Below, piece after piece: positions 1 through 8,161 of a DNA stretch of 19,691 bases; within the stretch, counting starts at the first letter, position 1, and every line of letters begins with the position of its first letter. The notes under the pieces are model-generated. The model was not told the DNA's origin. It was given only the letters and a program-made list of their open reading frames with translations, and did not search any database. The stretch is taken from positions 23,825 through 43,515 of the forward strand of contig CAXTKV010000013.1 in assembly GCA_964244895.1 (NCBI GenBank). The letters run 5' to 3'. The translations under genes were made by a program, and so were the position numbers. The stretch is from an uncultured Deinococcales bacterium (GTDB lineage: Bacteria; Deinococcota; Deinococci; Deinococcales; JAAFIG01).

Positions 1-2
1 AG

Positions 3-27
3 GAACACTGTCTGGGACGGTGTTCTC
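3..27. repeat. REP-like palindrome, singlet copy A (GAACACTGTC-TGG-GACGGTGTTCTC)
   Basis: Imperfect match to the window consensus GAGAACACCGTCCNGGACGGTGTTCTC; ends immediately before the AAGGAG RBS at 28-33. Confidence 0.8.
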
Positions 28-40
28 AAGGAGCCGAGGC

Positions 41-1348
41 ATGAAACGACTCAGCACGCACACCGGTCTCTCGAGCCTCGCGCTCGCCGTCCTGACCGCC
101 GTGGCGCTCGCCCAGAGCGGCACGCTCGCGCCGCTGCCCAAAGACGCCAAAGTCTCGATCACGTTTTACAACTACAACCTCGCCTCGGCGGGCATCGGGG
201 CTGAAGGCACCAAGCAACTGATCAGCGAATTCGAGGCCGCCAACCCGAACATCAAAGTCGAACCCGTCCCCGCGCCATCGAACGAACTGATCGCCCGCCT
301 TCAGGCCGACGTGGCCGCCGGGCGCGCACCGGACGTGGCGCAGATCGTCTTCAGCGACCTGGAATTTGCCGTCACGAACTTCGGGATTAAGCCCCTGGAG
401 GAACTGATTCCGGCGCGCGAGCTCCAGGCGCACTACATCGGATTGCACCCACGCGGTCTGGATCTGGCGCGGCTGAACGGCAAGACCTACGGCCTGCCTT
501 ACGTCTTCAGCACGCCGGTGCTGTTCTACAACGCGGATCTGTTCAAGCAGGCCGGATTGAACCCGGACAAGCCGCCCAAAACCTGGGCGGAGATCAAGAC
601 CTACGCCCTGGCGATCAAGGCCAAGACCGGCAAGGCGGGCTTCTTTCCGGGCGTTTACGGCGCGGCGGACTGGATGTTCCAGTCGTTGCTGCTCTCCAAC
701 GGTGGGCGCGTCATGAGCGAGGATCGCAAACGATTGACTTTCGCCGAGACGCCCGCGCTCGAGGCGATCAACATGCTGCACGATCTGGTGACTTCGGGGG
801 CGCACCCGAACATCTCGGCTGCCGACGCGATCCCAGCGATGGGCGCGGGCAACATCGGGATGTACCTCCAGACGAGCGCCCTGCAGGGCTTCCTGATCGG
901 CGCGAGCAAAGGCAAATGGGAACTGCGCGCCGCGCAGATGCCGCGTTTCGGCACGAGGGCCGCGCGCCCCACGAACTCTGGCAGCGGTGTGTTCATCCTG
1001 GCCAAAGACCCGCAAAAGCAGCGCGCCGCCTGGGAACTGATGAAGTTCCTGACCTCCAAGCGCGGTTACACGATCATCACCTCCAAGATCGGTTACCTGC
1101 CCCTCCGCACCGAGATCGTCAAGGACCCGCAGTACCTCGAGGGCTGGGTCAAGGACAACCCGATGATTTTGCCGAACCTCGAGCAACTCGACCGGCTTTC
1201 GCCGTGGGTTCCGCTGCCGGGCCCAAACTACCGTCAGATCAACAAGATCATGATGGACGCCTTGGAGCAGGCGGTCTACAACGGTGATGTCGAGACGGTC
1301 ATGAAAGACGCCCAGCAGCGCGCCACGCAACTGATGCCGCGCAACTGA
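41..1348 (+). CDS. ABC transporter extracellular solute-binding protein, CUT1/UgpB-like
   Basis: N-terminal signal peptide (MKR...TAVALA|Q) and SBP_bac_1-type motifs (GRAPDV, GKTYGLP, LFYNADLFKQAGL, PPKTW, AAWELMKFL). ATG at 41 preferred over GTG at 20 because AAGGAG is at 28-33 and the GTG lies inside the repeat. Confidence 0.92.
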   Translation: MKRLSTHTGLSSLALAVLTAVALAQSGTLAPLPKDAKVSITFYNYNLASAGIGAEGTKQLISEFEAANPNIKVEPVPAPSNELIARLQADVAAGRAPDVAQIVFSDLEFAVTNFGIKPLEELIPARELQAHYIGLHPRGLDLARLNGKTYGLPYVFSTPVLFYNADLFKQAGLNPDKPPKTWAEIKTYALAIKAKTGKAGFFPGVYGAADWMFQSLLLSNGGRVMSEDRKRLTFAETPALEAINMLHDLVTSGAHPNISAADAIPAMGAGNIGMYLQTSALQGFLIGASKGKWELRAAQMPRFGTRAARPTNSGSGVFILAKDPQKQRAAWELMKFLTSKRGYTIITSKIGYLPLRTEIVKDPQYLEGWVKDNPMILPNLEQLDRLSPWVPLPGPNYRQINKIMMDALEQAVYNGDVETVMKDAQQRATQLMPRN

Positions 1349-1380
1349 TGGGCCGCTGACGGAATTCAGGAATGATCTCT

Positions 1381-1442
1381 GAGAACACCGTGCTGGACGG
1401 TGTTCTCGTGAATCCGGGGACGCCGTCCAGGACGGTCTTTTC
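1381..1442. repeat. REP-like copies B1 (1381-1407, GAGAACACCGT-GCTGG-ACGGTGTTCTC) and B2 (core CCGTCCAGGACGG at 1423-1435, then TCTTTTC)
   Basis: B1 has perfect 11-bp arms. Both lie in the intercistronic spacer between the binding protein and the first permease, a typical REP position. Confidence 0.9.
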
Positions 1443-1505
1443 GGATCGCCCACCTCGGGTTTCTCGAGCCCAGCGCCATTCGAGCCATCACCCAAGGAGA
1501 CGCGC

Positions 1506-2447
1506 GTGAAACAGGCCGTTCTCGGCACCGACAGCCTGGCTCGCGCCCCGCGCCGACGCAAGCCCCTGCTGGCGCGACTCACGCCGTACCTGTACTTGCT
1601 GCCCGCCCTCTTGACCATCGGGCTGTGGGTCTACAAACCCGTCGTGCAGACCTTTCAGCTTTCGTTCTTCGAGTGGAACCTCTTACCGAGTTCGCCCAGA
1701 ACCTTCGTCGGATGGCAGAACTACGAGCGCCTGCTCGGGCTGCCCGAGGTGCGCCGGGCGCTCGTCAACACGGTCATTTACATCGCGGGCCTGATCCCGA
1801 TGGCCATGCTGATCCCTCTGGCCGTGGCCATCCTGACCGAGAACATCCGGGGCCGCGCCCGCAACGTCTACCGCGCGCTGGTCTTCGTCCCGATGGTCAT
1901 GGCTCCGGTGGTGGTGGCGATCGTCTGGCGCTGGCTCCTGAACCCGACCCAGGGCGTGCTGAACGTCTCCGTGCTGGGTGCGTTCGGTGTTCCCCCGATC
2001 AACTTCTTGCGAGAGGGCGGCTGGGCGATTTTGACCATCGTGTTCATCACCGGCTGGAAGCTGATCGGTTTTTCCACGCTGATTTTTTCCGCCGCCATCG
2101 CCAACGTTGACCGCAGTTACCTCGAGGCGGCGCGGCTGGACGGCGCGAACGAATGGCAGATCGTCAGGGGCATCACGCTGCCGCTGATCTCGCCGACGGT
2201 GCTGTTCGTGACGATGCTGACGGTGCTGCTGGGGGCGCAATGGAGTTTCGCGTACATCAACGTCCTGACGCAGGGCGGGCCGGGCAACGCGACCACGAAC
2301 ATCTATTATCTTCTGTACCAGTACGGCTTCGGCACCTTTGCGGTCGGCTGGAGCAGCGCCGCAGCAGTGCTGTTGTTCGTCGGTTTCGGCCTGATCGCGT
2401 ACCTGTGCTTGAGGCTGATCAACCGCTACGCCATCTACGAAACCTGA
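1506..2447 (+). CDS. Carbohydrate ABC transporter permease 1 (UgpA/MalF-like)
   Basis: About 6 hydrophobic segments, EAA loop (LEAARLDGANEWQ), FVGWQNY and TQGGPGNAT motifs; RBS AAGGAG upstream of the GTG. Confidence 0.93.
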   Translation: MKQAVLGTDSLARAPRRRKPLLARLTPYLYLLPALLTIGLWVYKPVVQTFQLSFFEWNLLPSSPRTFVGWQNYERLLGLPEVRRALVNTVIYIAGLIPMAMLIPLAVAILTENIRGRARNVYRALVFVPMVMAPVVVAIVWRWLLNPTQGVLNVSVLGAFGVPPINFLREGGWAILTIVFITGWKLIGFSTLIFSAAIANVDRSYLEAARLDGANEWQIVRGITLPLISPTVLFVTMLTVLLGAQWSFAYINVLTQGGPGNATTNIYYLLYQYGFGTFAVGWSSAAAVLLFVGFGLIAYLCLRLINRYAIYET

Positions 2448-2478
2448 TCTCGAGCGCATCCCGTCTGACTTGGCTCAT

Positions 2479-2503
2479 AGAACACCGTCCTAGACGCAAA
2501 AAT
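2479..2503. repeat. REP-like asymmetric unit C (AGAACACCGTCCTAGACGCAAAAAT)
   Basis: Matches the asymmetric unit AGAACACCGTCCAGGACGCA plus AT-rich tail seen in the doublets at 4223-4280 and 14238-14287. Confidence 0.75.
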
Positions 2504-2556
2504 ACGATGCCGTCCAGCGCGCCAGAACCCGTATCGCCCGAACCGCAGAGGTCAGA

Positions 2557-3429
2557 ATGCTGCCCAGCGTCCCACAACTCGAGACCACCGAGACCGCACC
2601 TTCGAGCGCCGACTGGCGGCGCGGTGGGATCGGCGCGGTGGCGGGCCACGCGCTGCTGATCGGCCTGAGCCTGCTGGCGCTCTTCCCGGTGTACTGGATG
2701 ATCGTGACTTCCCTGCGCCCCCCGAACGATGTTTTCTCGACCGCGATGATCCCGACCGCGCCGACGCTCGAGAATTACGGGGTCGTCTGGAACAGCATCC
2801 CGATCCTGCGGATGCTGCTGAACACGCTCGTGATGGCGGCGCTCGTCACGGCCTTCCAGATCGCGACCTCGATCCTGGCGTCTTACGCCTTCGCGCGCTG
2901 GGCGTTCACCGGCGACCGGGTGATCTTCGGCTTGTTCGCGCTGACCTGGCTGGTGCCGTTCCAGGTGACGATGATCCCGAACTACGTGCTGATCGCCGAC
3001 CTGGGCTGGATTGACACGCTGGCCGCCATCGTCGTGCCGCAAATGGCGTCCGCCTTCGCGGTCATGCTGCTGTTCCAGAGCATCAAGGCCTTCCCGCAGG
3101 AACTGATCGACGCGGCCCGCATCGATGGCGCGAACGACTGGCGAATCCTCTGGCGGGTGATCGTGCCGAACCTGCGCGCCAGCCTGGCGGCGCTCTCGAT
3201 CCTCTTGTTCATCTCCGCCTGGAACGAGTATTTCTGGCCGCTCCTGGTGACGCGCCACGCGGACAACGCCGTCGTGCAGATCGGTCTTCAGATGTTCCTG
3301 ACCGCCGAGGGCGACCAGTGGGGGCCGTTGATGGCCGCCGCCACGCTGGCGAGCCTACCGATTCTTTGCCTGTACGTGGTGCTGCAAAAACAGATCATCG
3401 AATCGTTCATGAAATCGGGGTTGAGATGA
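2557..3429 (+). CDS. Carbohydrate ABC transporter permease 2 (UgpE/MalG-like)
   Basis: TLENY, ASYAFAR, EAA-like loop (ELIDAARIDGA), WNEYFWPLL and C-terminal QKQIIESF...GL motifs. Confidence 0.93.
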   Translation: MLPSVPQLETTETAPSSADWRRGGIGAVAGHALLIGLSLLALFPVYWMIVTSLRPPNDVFSTAMIPTAPTLENYGVVWNSIPILRMLLNTLVMAALVTAFQIATSILASYAFARWAFTGDRVIFGLFALTWLVPFQVTMIPNYVLIADLGWIDTLAAIVVPQMASAFAVMLLFQSIKAFPQELIDAARIDGANDWRILWRVIVPNLRASLAALSILLFISAWNEYFWPLLVTRHADNAVVQIGLQMFLTAEGDQWGPLMAAATLASLPILCLYVVLQKQIIESFMKSGLR

Positions 3430-4202
3430 TACGAGAACCCGCCGAAACCGCCCGCCACATCCCGCTCTCGGGCGCGTACAACATCCGCGACTTGGGCGGG
3501 TACGAGACGCCATCCGGCGAGCGCACGCGCTGGCGTCGGCTGCTGCGCGCCGACAGCCTCCACGCCCTGAGCCCCGAGGCCCGAGATGCGCTGATCACGA
3601 TGGGCGTCACGACCGTGATCGACCTGCGCCACGCGGACGAACTGGCGCAATCGCCGAACGTCTTCGCGGATCATCCGGGAGTCAGGTACGTCAACGTGCC
3701 GTTGTTCGCGGGCATGTCGCGCAGCCAGAGCATCGCATCCGCGATTCCCACGGACGCGCCATCGGGCGCGAGTTTCGATCTCGAGGCGCTGTATAAGGGT
3801 GCGCTCGAACGCTGCCAGGACGCCTTCCGCGAGGTCTTCACGACGATTGCGGCCTCGGATGGCGTGACGCTTTTTCACTGCACGGCGGGCAAGGATCGCA
3901 CGGGCCTGATCGCTGCGCTGATCCTGGGCAGCCTGGGCGTGTCGGACGATTCGATCGTCGAGGATTACGCCCTGACCGCGAGCTACATTCAGCCCCTGCT
4001 CGAGACGCTGCGCCAGGAAGCCGTCAGCAGGGGGCACGATCTGGGCTGGTACGAACGCCTGTTGACTTCTGAACCCGCCACGATGCGCGCCACGCTCGAG
4101 CACCTGGGGCAGCGTTACGGCGGCGCGGGCGGTTACCTGAAAAGCCTCGGGCTGAGCGAAGATCAACTCTCGGGGCTTCGCGCCACGCTGATCGAAGGCT
4201 GA
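3426..4202 (+). CDS. Tyrosine/lipid phosphatase, PtpB/IphP (Y_phosphatase3) family
   Basis: GAYNIRDLGGY, VIDLR, catalytic P-loop FHCTAGKDRTG and IVEDYALT. The ATG at 3426 overlaps the permease stop (ATGA), so it is preferred over the ORF-track start at 3318. Confidence 0.92.
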   Translation: MIREPAETARHIPLSGAYNIRDLGGYETPSGERTRWRRLLRADSLHALSPEARDALITMGVTTVIDLRHADELAQSPNVFADHPGVRYVNVPLFAGMSRSQSIASAIPTDAPSGASFDLEALYKGALERCQDAFREVFTTIAASDGVTLFHCTAGKDRTGLIAALILGSLGVSDDSIVEDYALTASYIQPLLETLRQEAVSRGHDLGWYERLLTSEPATMRATLEHLGQRYGGAGGYLKSLGLSEDQLSGLRATLIEG

Positions 4203-4222
4203 AGCGGCGAAGGTGGTTCTAG

Positions 4223-4280
4223 AAAGACCGTCCAGGACAGCTCGACCGGAAACGATAAATTTGCGTCCTGGACGGTCTTT
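4223..4280. repeat. REPIN-like inverted doublet D (AAAGACCGTCCAGGAC-N26-GTCCTGGACGGTCTTT)
   Basis: Perfect 16-bp inverted repeats at 4223-4238 and 4265-4280, between convergent genes. Confidence 0.9.
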
Positions 4281-4324
4281 GCGGTTATGGCAAAGCGGTT
4301 TTCGTTCGTCACCGCTCTGGAGCC

Positions 4325-5734
4325 TCAACCGACGGATTCCAGATTTGCGGCCATCTCGAGATCGGACGCAACACCTGTGGGCGATGACCGCCCGATCCCG
4401 ATGTACTCGAACCCGGCGCGGATGATCGCGCCCGGATCGAGCGCGTTGCGCCCGTCGAGCATCACGCGCCGACGCATCAGCCGTCCCAGACGCGACCAAT
4501 CGGCATCGCGGTAGACCTGCCACTCGGTCACGAGCAGGGCTGCGTCCGCCCCGTCCAGGCAGGCTTCCAGGTCGTTTGTGACGAGCATTTCGTCCGGCAG
4601 GATGCGCCGGGCGGCGCGCGCCGAAACCGGATCGTGAGCCGTCACGCGCGCGCCGCGCGCCCGCAACTCGAGCGCGATCTCGAGGCCGAGCGATTCGCGC
4701 AGATCGTCCGTGTCGGGCTTGAAGGTCAGGCCCAGCACGGCCACGGTCCGCCCGCGCAGACCGTCCAGGCGCGCCTCGAGTCGGTCGAGCGCGCGGAAGC
4801 GCTGCGCTGCGTTGACCTCGATCACGGCGCGCAACAACCGGAAATCGTAGCGGCTGCGGGCCGCGATCTGCGAGAGCGCCAGCGTGTCTTTGGGGAAGCA
4901 CGAACCGCCGTAGCCCAGTCCGGGCCGCAAGAAATCGCTGCCGATGCGCGCGTCGCGCCCCAGCACGCCGACGATCTCGGAGACATCGGCTCCGGTCTCG
5001 TCGCAGAGGTTGGCGATCTCGTTGATGAAGCTGATCTTCATGGCCAAAAAGGCATTGGCGGCGTACTTCGAGAGTTCCGCACTCTCTGGGCTGACTTCCA
5101 GCCAGGGAATCGGGCTGCGCGGTCGGTGCGCCTCGAGCGCGTTGGGGACGGGCAATCTGGCCTCGAGCAACGGCTGATACAGTTCGCGCAAGTGCGCCAG
5201 CGCCCAGCCTTCGGTGCCGCCCGCCACCACCCGATCCGGGAAAATCGCGTCGCGCAGGGCTTGGCCCTGGCGCAAGAATTCGGGGTTGCTACAGATTGCA
5301 AAAACCGCGTCCGGTGCGAAGCTCCGCAGGCTTTTCGCTACTTCTTCGTGCGTACCGACCGGCACGGTGGATTTGATCGCGATCACGCGCGGCCTCGCGT
5401 CCAGATGCGCTGCCAGCTCCTCGAGCGCCCCGAAAAGTTGCCTCAGGTCAACCCCGCTCGAGGGCGTCGGCGGTGTGCCCACGGCCAGCATGATCACGCT
5501 CGAGGCGGATACGGCCAGATCGAGTTGAGCCGTGGGCCGAAGTCGGTCGCCGCACTCGCGCAGGGCGGATTCCAGGCCGGGTTCAGAGAACGGCACGCGC
5601 CCAGCCTGCAGCGCCTCGAGCCTGCTCGCGTCGCGCTCCACAATCCAGACGCGATGCCCGGCCAGCCCCAGCGCCACCGCCGTCGAGAGTCCGACGTATC
5701 CAGCGCCGATGATTGTTACCTCGAAGGAATTCAT
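4325..5734 (-). CDS. ugd: UDP-glucose/GDP-mannose 6-dehydrogenase family protein
   Basis: Rossmann motif IIGAGYVG, IKSTVPVG, NPEFLRQG, KYAANAFLA, catalytic GYGGSCFPKD and GLTFKPDTDDLRES. ATG at 5734 preferred over TTG at 5755. Confidence 0.93.
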   Translation of the reverse strand: MNSFEVTIIGAGYVGLSTAVALGLAGHRVWIVERDASRLEALQAGRVPFSEPGLESALRECGDRLRPTAQLDLAVSASSVIMLAVGTPPTPSSGVDLRQLFGALEELAAHLDARPRVIAIKSTVPVGTHEEVAKSLRSFAPDAVFAICSNPEFLRQGQALRDAIFPDRVVAGGTEGWALAHLRELYQPLLEARLPVPNALEAHRPRSPIPWLEVSPESAELSKYAANAFLAMKISFINEIANLCDETGADVSEIVGVLGRDARIGSDFLRPGLGYGGSCFPKDTLALSQIAARSRYDFRLLRAVIEVNAAQRFRALDRLEARLDGLRGRTVAVLGLTFKPDTDDLRESLGLEIALELRARGARVTAHDPVSARAARRILPDEMLVTNDLEACLDGADAALLVTEWQVYRDADWSRLGRLMRRRVMLDGRNALDPGAIIRAGFEYIGIGRSSPTGVASDLEMAANLESVG

Positions 5735-5745
5735 AGCAGAGTCGT

Positions 5746-5754
5746 ACTCTAACA
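5746..5754 (-). promoter_or_regulatory. Putative extended -10 (TGT-TAGAGT) for ugd
   Basis: TGn-TANNNT lies 11 nt upstream of ATG 5734 and no SD is visible, which implies a very short leader. Confidence 0.4.
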
Positions 5755-5779
5755 ACCCCGGAGTTGCGTCAACGCCGTG

Positions 5780-6715
5780 TCAGCCCTGAAAGGATTCGCT
5801 GAAGTGCGCTACCAGCCGATCCAGTTCTGCATCGTCCTGAACGGTGTCCCGAACAGGTTCCAGGGCGCGCCGCCCGACGCTCCTGAGGTGAAACGCGAAG
5901 GGTCGATCGTGCCAGTAGAATTCTTCCCAGCCGCTCCGGTAGGCCAACGGTGAAAGGCCGCGCAAGAAACTCTGCTCGGTCACGGCTTTTGTGCGCGGGA
6001 TCGGGCTGCGCCGATCGGGCAGCCAGCGTTGCGCCAGTCGGTGAAGTGGGGGCGCATCCTCGAGCGCCGCGCGAACATCGAAGTGCGGTGTCAGGCATTC
6101 AAACCGCAGACCCGAATCGCGGAATCGCTGTCGCACGCGCCAGCCGGTATCGCGGAACTGCCCGACCTGCAAGAGCGTGCGCAACGCGCCGGGGATCGGC
6201 AATCGCGGATGGCTGATCAGCGCGTCCAGGCGGTTGGAAGCCATGTCCGGCGCAAAGTCCAATTCCTGCACGGGCACTCGCTCGAGATCGATCAGCATGA
6301 AATGCACCGATGGGAAATCTCGCGGCTGGTACGACCAGCGCGGATGCCAGACCGACCCGAAGAACGCCAATCGCTTCGTTTGAACGCGATCCAGAACCTG
6401 CCGTATCCAGTCCGGGCGAATCACGAAAAAATCGTGGTCGAGCAGCAGCGCGTAGCGGCTCGAGACGAAGCGCAAGCCTTCCATCAATGCCGCCGCGTGG
6501 TGGGCGCTGCCGCGATCTTTTTGAGCTTTTTCGGGGGTGGGCGCCACGCCCGGTACGACGCGAAAATCCGAAGCTGAAGCGGCGAAATCCGGATCGGCGT
6601 CGTTGTTGACGACGATCCAATCGTAGGCCGCAGCGGGGTTCAGGGCGCGGCACAGCGCGGCGTTGCGCTCGAGCGGCTGGCTCGAGCCGTACTTGACTGA
6701 GATGATCGTCAGCAG
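5780..6715 (-). CDS. GT-A fold glycosyltransferase-like protein (probable CTG start; ORF track gives only 5780-6547)
   Basis: The frame stays open upstream of GTG 6547 and reads LLTIISVKYGSSQPLERNAALCRALNPAAAYDWIVVNND, a GT2-like first strand and VVDN-like motif. Downstream it has GSAHHAAAL and the DxD motif LLLDHDFF. No in-frame ATG/GTG/TTG occurs in the extension. Confidence 0.7.
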   Translation of the reverse strand: MLTIISVKYGSSQPLERNAALCRALNPAAAYDWIVVNNDADPDFAASASDFRVVPGVAPTPEKAQKDRGSAHHAAALMEGLRFVSSRYALLLDHDFFVIRPDWIRQVLDRVQTKRLAFFGSVWHPRWSYQPRDFPSVHFMLIDLERVPVQELDFAPDMASNRLDALISHPRLPIPGALRTLLQVGQFRDTGWRVRQRFRDSGLRFECLTPHFDVRAALEDAPPLHRLAQRWLPDRRSPIPRTKAVTEQSFLRGLSPLAYRSGWEEFYWHDRPFAFHLRSVGRRALEPVRDTVQDDAELDRLVAHFSESFQG

Positions 6716-6719
6716 GGCA

Positions 6720-6744
6720 ACCTCGGCCTTCTGGGCGCATTCTA
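6720..6744 (-). promoter_or_regulatory. Putative -10 TAGAAT (6739-6744) and SD GAGGT (6720-6724) for the GT-like gene
   Basis: Near-consensus -10, followed by GAGGT 4 and 7 nt upstream of two in-frame CTG codons (6715, 6712). Confidence 0.5.
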
Positions 6745-6808
6745 CGCAGATGGGTGCGGATGCAAAATAGCTGACGAGAACCTGACATGGCCCCGCGAGC
6801 GTGAAGCT

Positions 6809-7546
6809 GTGAACCAGCCCGAGATCAGCCTGATCACCCCGACGCGCGACCGCGCCGATCTATTGCTGCGCACCATCCAAAGCGTTCAACAGCAAGACCT
6901 GACTGGATGGGAACTGATCGTGGTGGACGATGGCGATGGTTCAGGCGCGAGGGCCGCGAACGGCGTCAATGACCCTCGGGTGCGGGCTTTTCAGAACCCC
7001 GGTGCGGGACAGGTGGACGCCCGCAACGCCGCCGTCGAACGTGCGCGAGGCGCAATCATTCACCTGCTCGATGACGACGATCGTTGGGCGGATGCGCACC
7101 ACCTCGAGCGCGTGCTGGAAAGGTTGCAAGATCAGATCGGGTTGGTGCATTGCGGTGGATGGCTGGTCATTGAAGACCCCGAGGATGGCGGGTGGATCGA
7201 GCGCCGACGCATCCCGTTTCACCTACCGACCACGACGGAATCGTTGCGTCTCGACAACACGCTCCTGACCTCCGGCGCGGCCTACCCGAAAAGCCTGCAC
7301 GATCAACTGGGTGCGTTCGACCGGAATCTGGGAAATTACTGGGATTGGGACTGGTTCCTGCGCGTCACGGCGCTTTACCCGTTGTTGCCGCTGCAACCGC
7401 CGTGCGTGCTGATGAGCTGGCGCGGCTCGAACACCTCGCGCGATCCGCACGAACCGCAGCGCGTGGCGTTCCTGGAAGCCCTGAGCCGGAAGCACGGCCT
7501 GGGTACGATCCCGCCGAAGAACCACTTGACTGTTCTCGAGCCCTGA
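6809..7546 (+). CDS. Glycosyltransferase family 2
   Basis: ISLITPTRDR, WELIVVDDG, ARNAAVERARG, LDDDD (DxD) and DWDWFLR motifs. Confidence 0.9.
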   Translation: MNQPEISLITPTRDRADLLLRTIQSVQQQDLTGWELIVVDDGDGSGARAANGVNDPRVRAFQNPGAGQVDARNAAVERARGAIIHLLDDDDRWADAHHLERVLERLQDQIGLVHCGGWLVIEDPEDGGWIERRRIPFHLPTTTESLRLDNTLLTSGAAYPKSLHDQLGAFDRNLGNYWDWDWFLRVTALYPLLPLQPPCVLMSWRGSNTSRDPHEPQRVAFLEALSRKHGLGTIPPKNHLTVLEP

Positions 7547-7552
7547 AGTCGT

Positions 7553-7597
7553 TTAGCCCCGCGCACCCGGTGCGCTCAGCCCCGCGCACCCGGTGCG
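7553..7597. repeat. Tandem duplication (23-bp period) of AGCCCCGCGCACCCGGTGCG
   Basis: Identical 20-mers at 7555-7574 and 7578-7597; each contains the palindrome CGCACC-C-GGTGCG. Confidence 0.9.
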
Positions 7598-8061
7598 ACC
7601 GCGCTGGGCGCGCGATGGTTCGAGCCCGCGAGCTTGGGGTGACGATAGGTGAACGCCAACCCCAACAGTCCGACCTGCACCAGCACACCGGGCGCGAGCA
7701 GGGGTGCGAAACCGTCCAGCCCCGAAACGATCGCGCCGATCGTGGTCGGGAAGCGTTGGCCGCTCTGGAGCGTGCCAGCGTTGCGGGCGTTGGCCTTGAG
7801 GTGTTCCAGAATGCCGATGCCGCTCGAGAGGATCGTCAGAACCATCACGATCTGAAGGGCGCGCAGCGTCAGGGGCGTCTGTCTGATGGCCGCGACTGCG
7901 AGCGCCAGGATGGACAGGCCCAGCGTCACGAACGGAATCAGTTGATCCTTGCCGTTGTAGTGGTGCAACAACAGCAGTTCTGGTACGGTTCCAATCGCGC
8001 CGAGCGCAGCCAGGGCGAGAACGAATGTGCGTAGGGCGGTCGTGGTCGAATGCTCGAGCAT
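7576..8061 (-). CDS. Uncharacterised 4-TM membrane protein with His residues after TM1 and TM3
   Basis: Four hydrophobic segments; motifs ELLLLHHY..QLIPF, GIGILEHL and APLLAPG; leaderless TAGCCT-N7-ATG start. Confidence 0.8.
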   Translation of the reverse strand: MLEHSTTTALRTFVLALAALGAIGTVPELLLLHHYNGKDQLIPFVTLGLSILALAVAAIRQTPLTLRALQIVMVLTILSSGIGILEHLKANARNAGTLQSGQRFPTTIGAIVSGLDGFAPLLAPGVLVQVGLLGLAFTYRHPKLAGSNHRAPSAVAPGARG

Positions 8062-8068
8062 GAGCGGC

Positions 8069-8100
8069 AGGCTAAAACCGAACGGTTACGCGTCGGTTAC
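8069..8100 (-). promoter_or_regulatory. OmpR-type box GTAACC-GACGC-GTAACC (8100-8084), 9 nt, then -10 TAGCCT (8074-8069); leaderless promoter
   Basis: 11-bp-period direct repeat with the same geometry as the boxes at 8192 and 8852; -10 lies 7 nt before ATG 8061. Confidence 0.75.
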
Positions 8101-8161
8101 GTTCCCAGTCCGAATGAGGGAAATATGGCCGAAAGCGTCCACGACACAATGTGAACCAAAT

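Noticed and set aside
1381..1407. GAAC...GTTC as a LexA/SOS box or other operator
   Set aside because: The spacing is far larger than GAAC-N4-GTTC, and copies sit between convergent stop codons where an operator makes little sense.
26..1618. 530-aa minus-strand ORF and other long shadow ORFs (3288-4901, 4634-5752, 9743-10804, 9907-10899, 13024-14181, 14972-16132, 18440-19525)
   Set aside because: They are antisense or out-of-frame overlaps of well-supported genes, Arg/Ala/Pro-rich and without motifs, as expected in high-GC DNA.
3318..3425. ORF-track N-terminal extension of the phosphatase (also starts at 20 and 5755 for other genes)
   Set aside because: These overlap the upstream gene, a repeat or a promoter; better starts exist at 3426, 41 and 5734.
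6099..6788. 229-aa minus ORF as the true gene upstream of the GT-like ORF
   Set aside because: It has no recognisable motifs, and the GT-like N-terminus is in the 5780-6547 frame.
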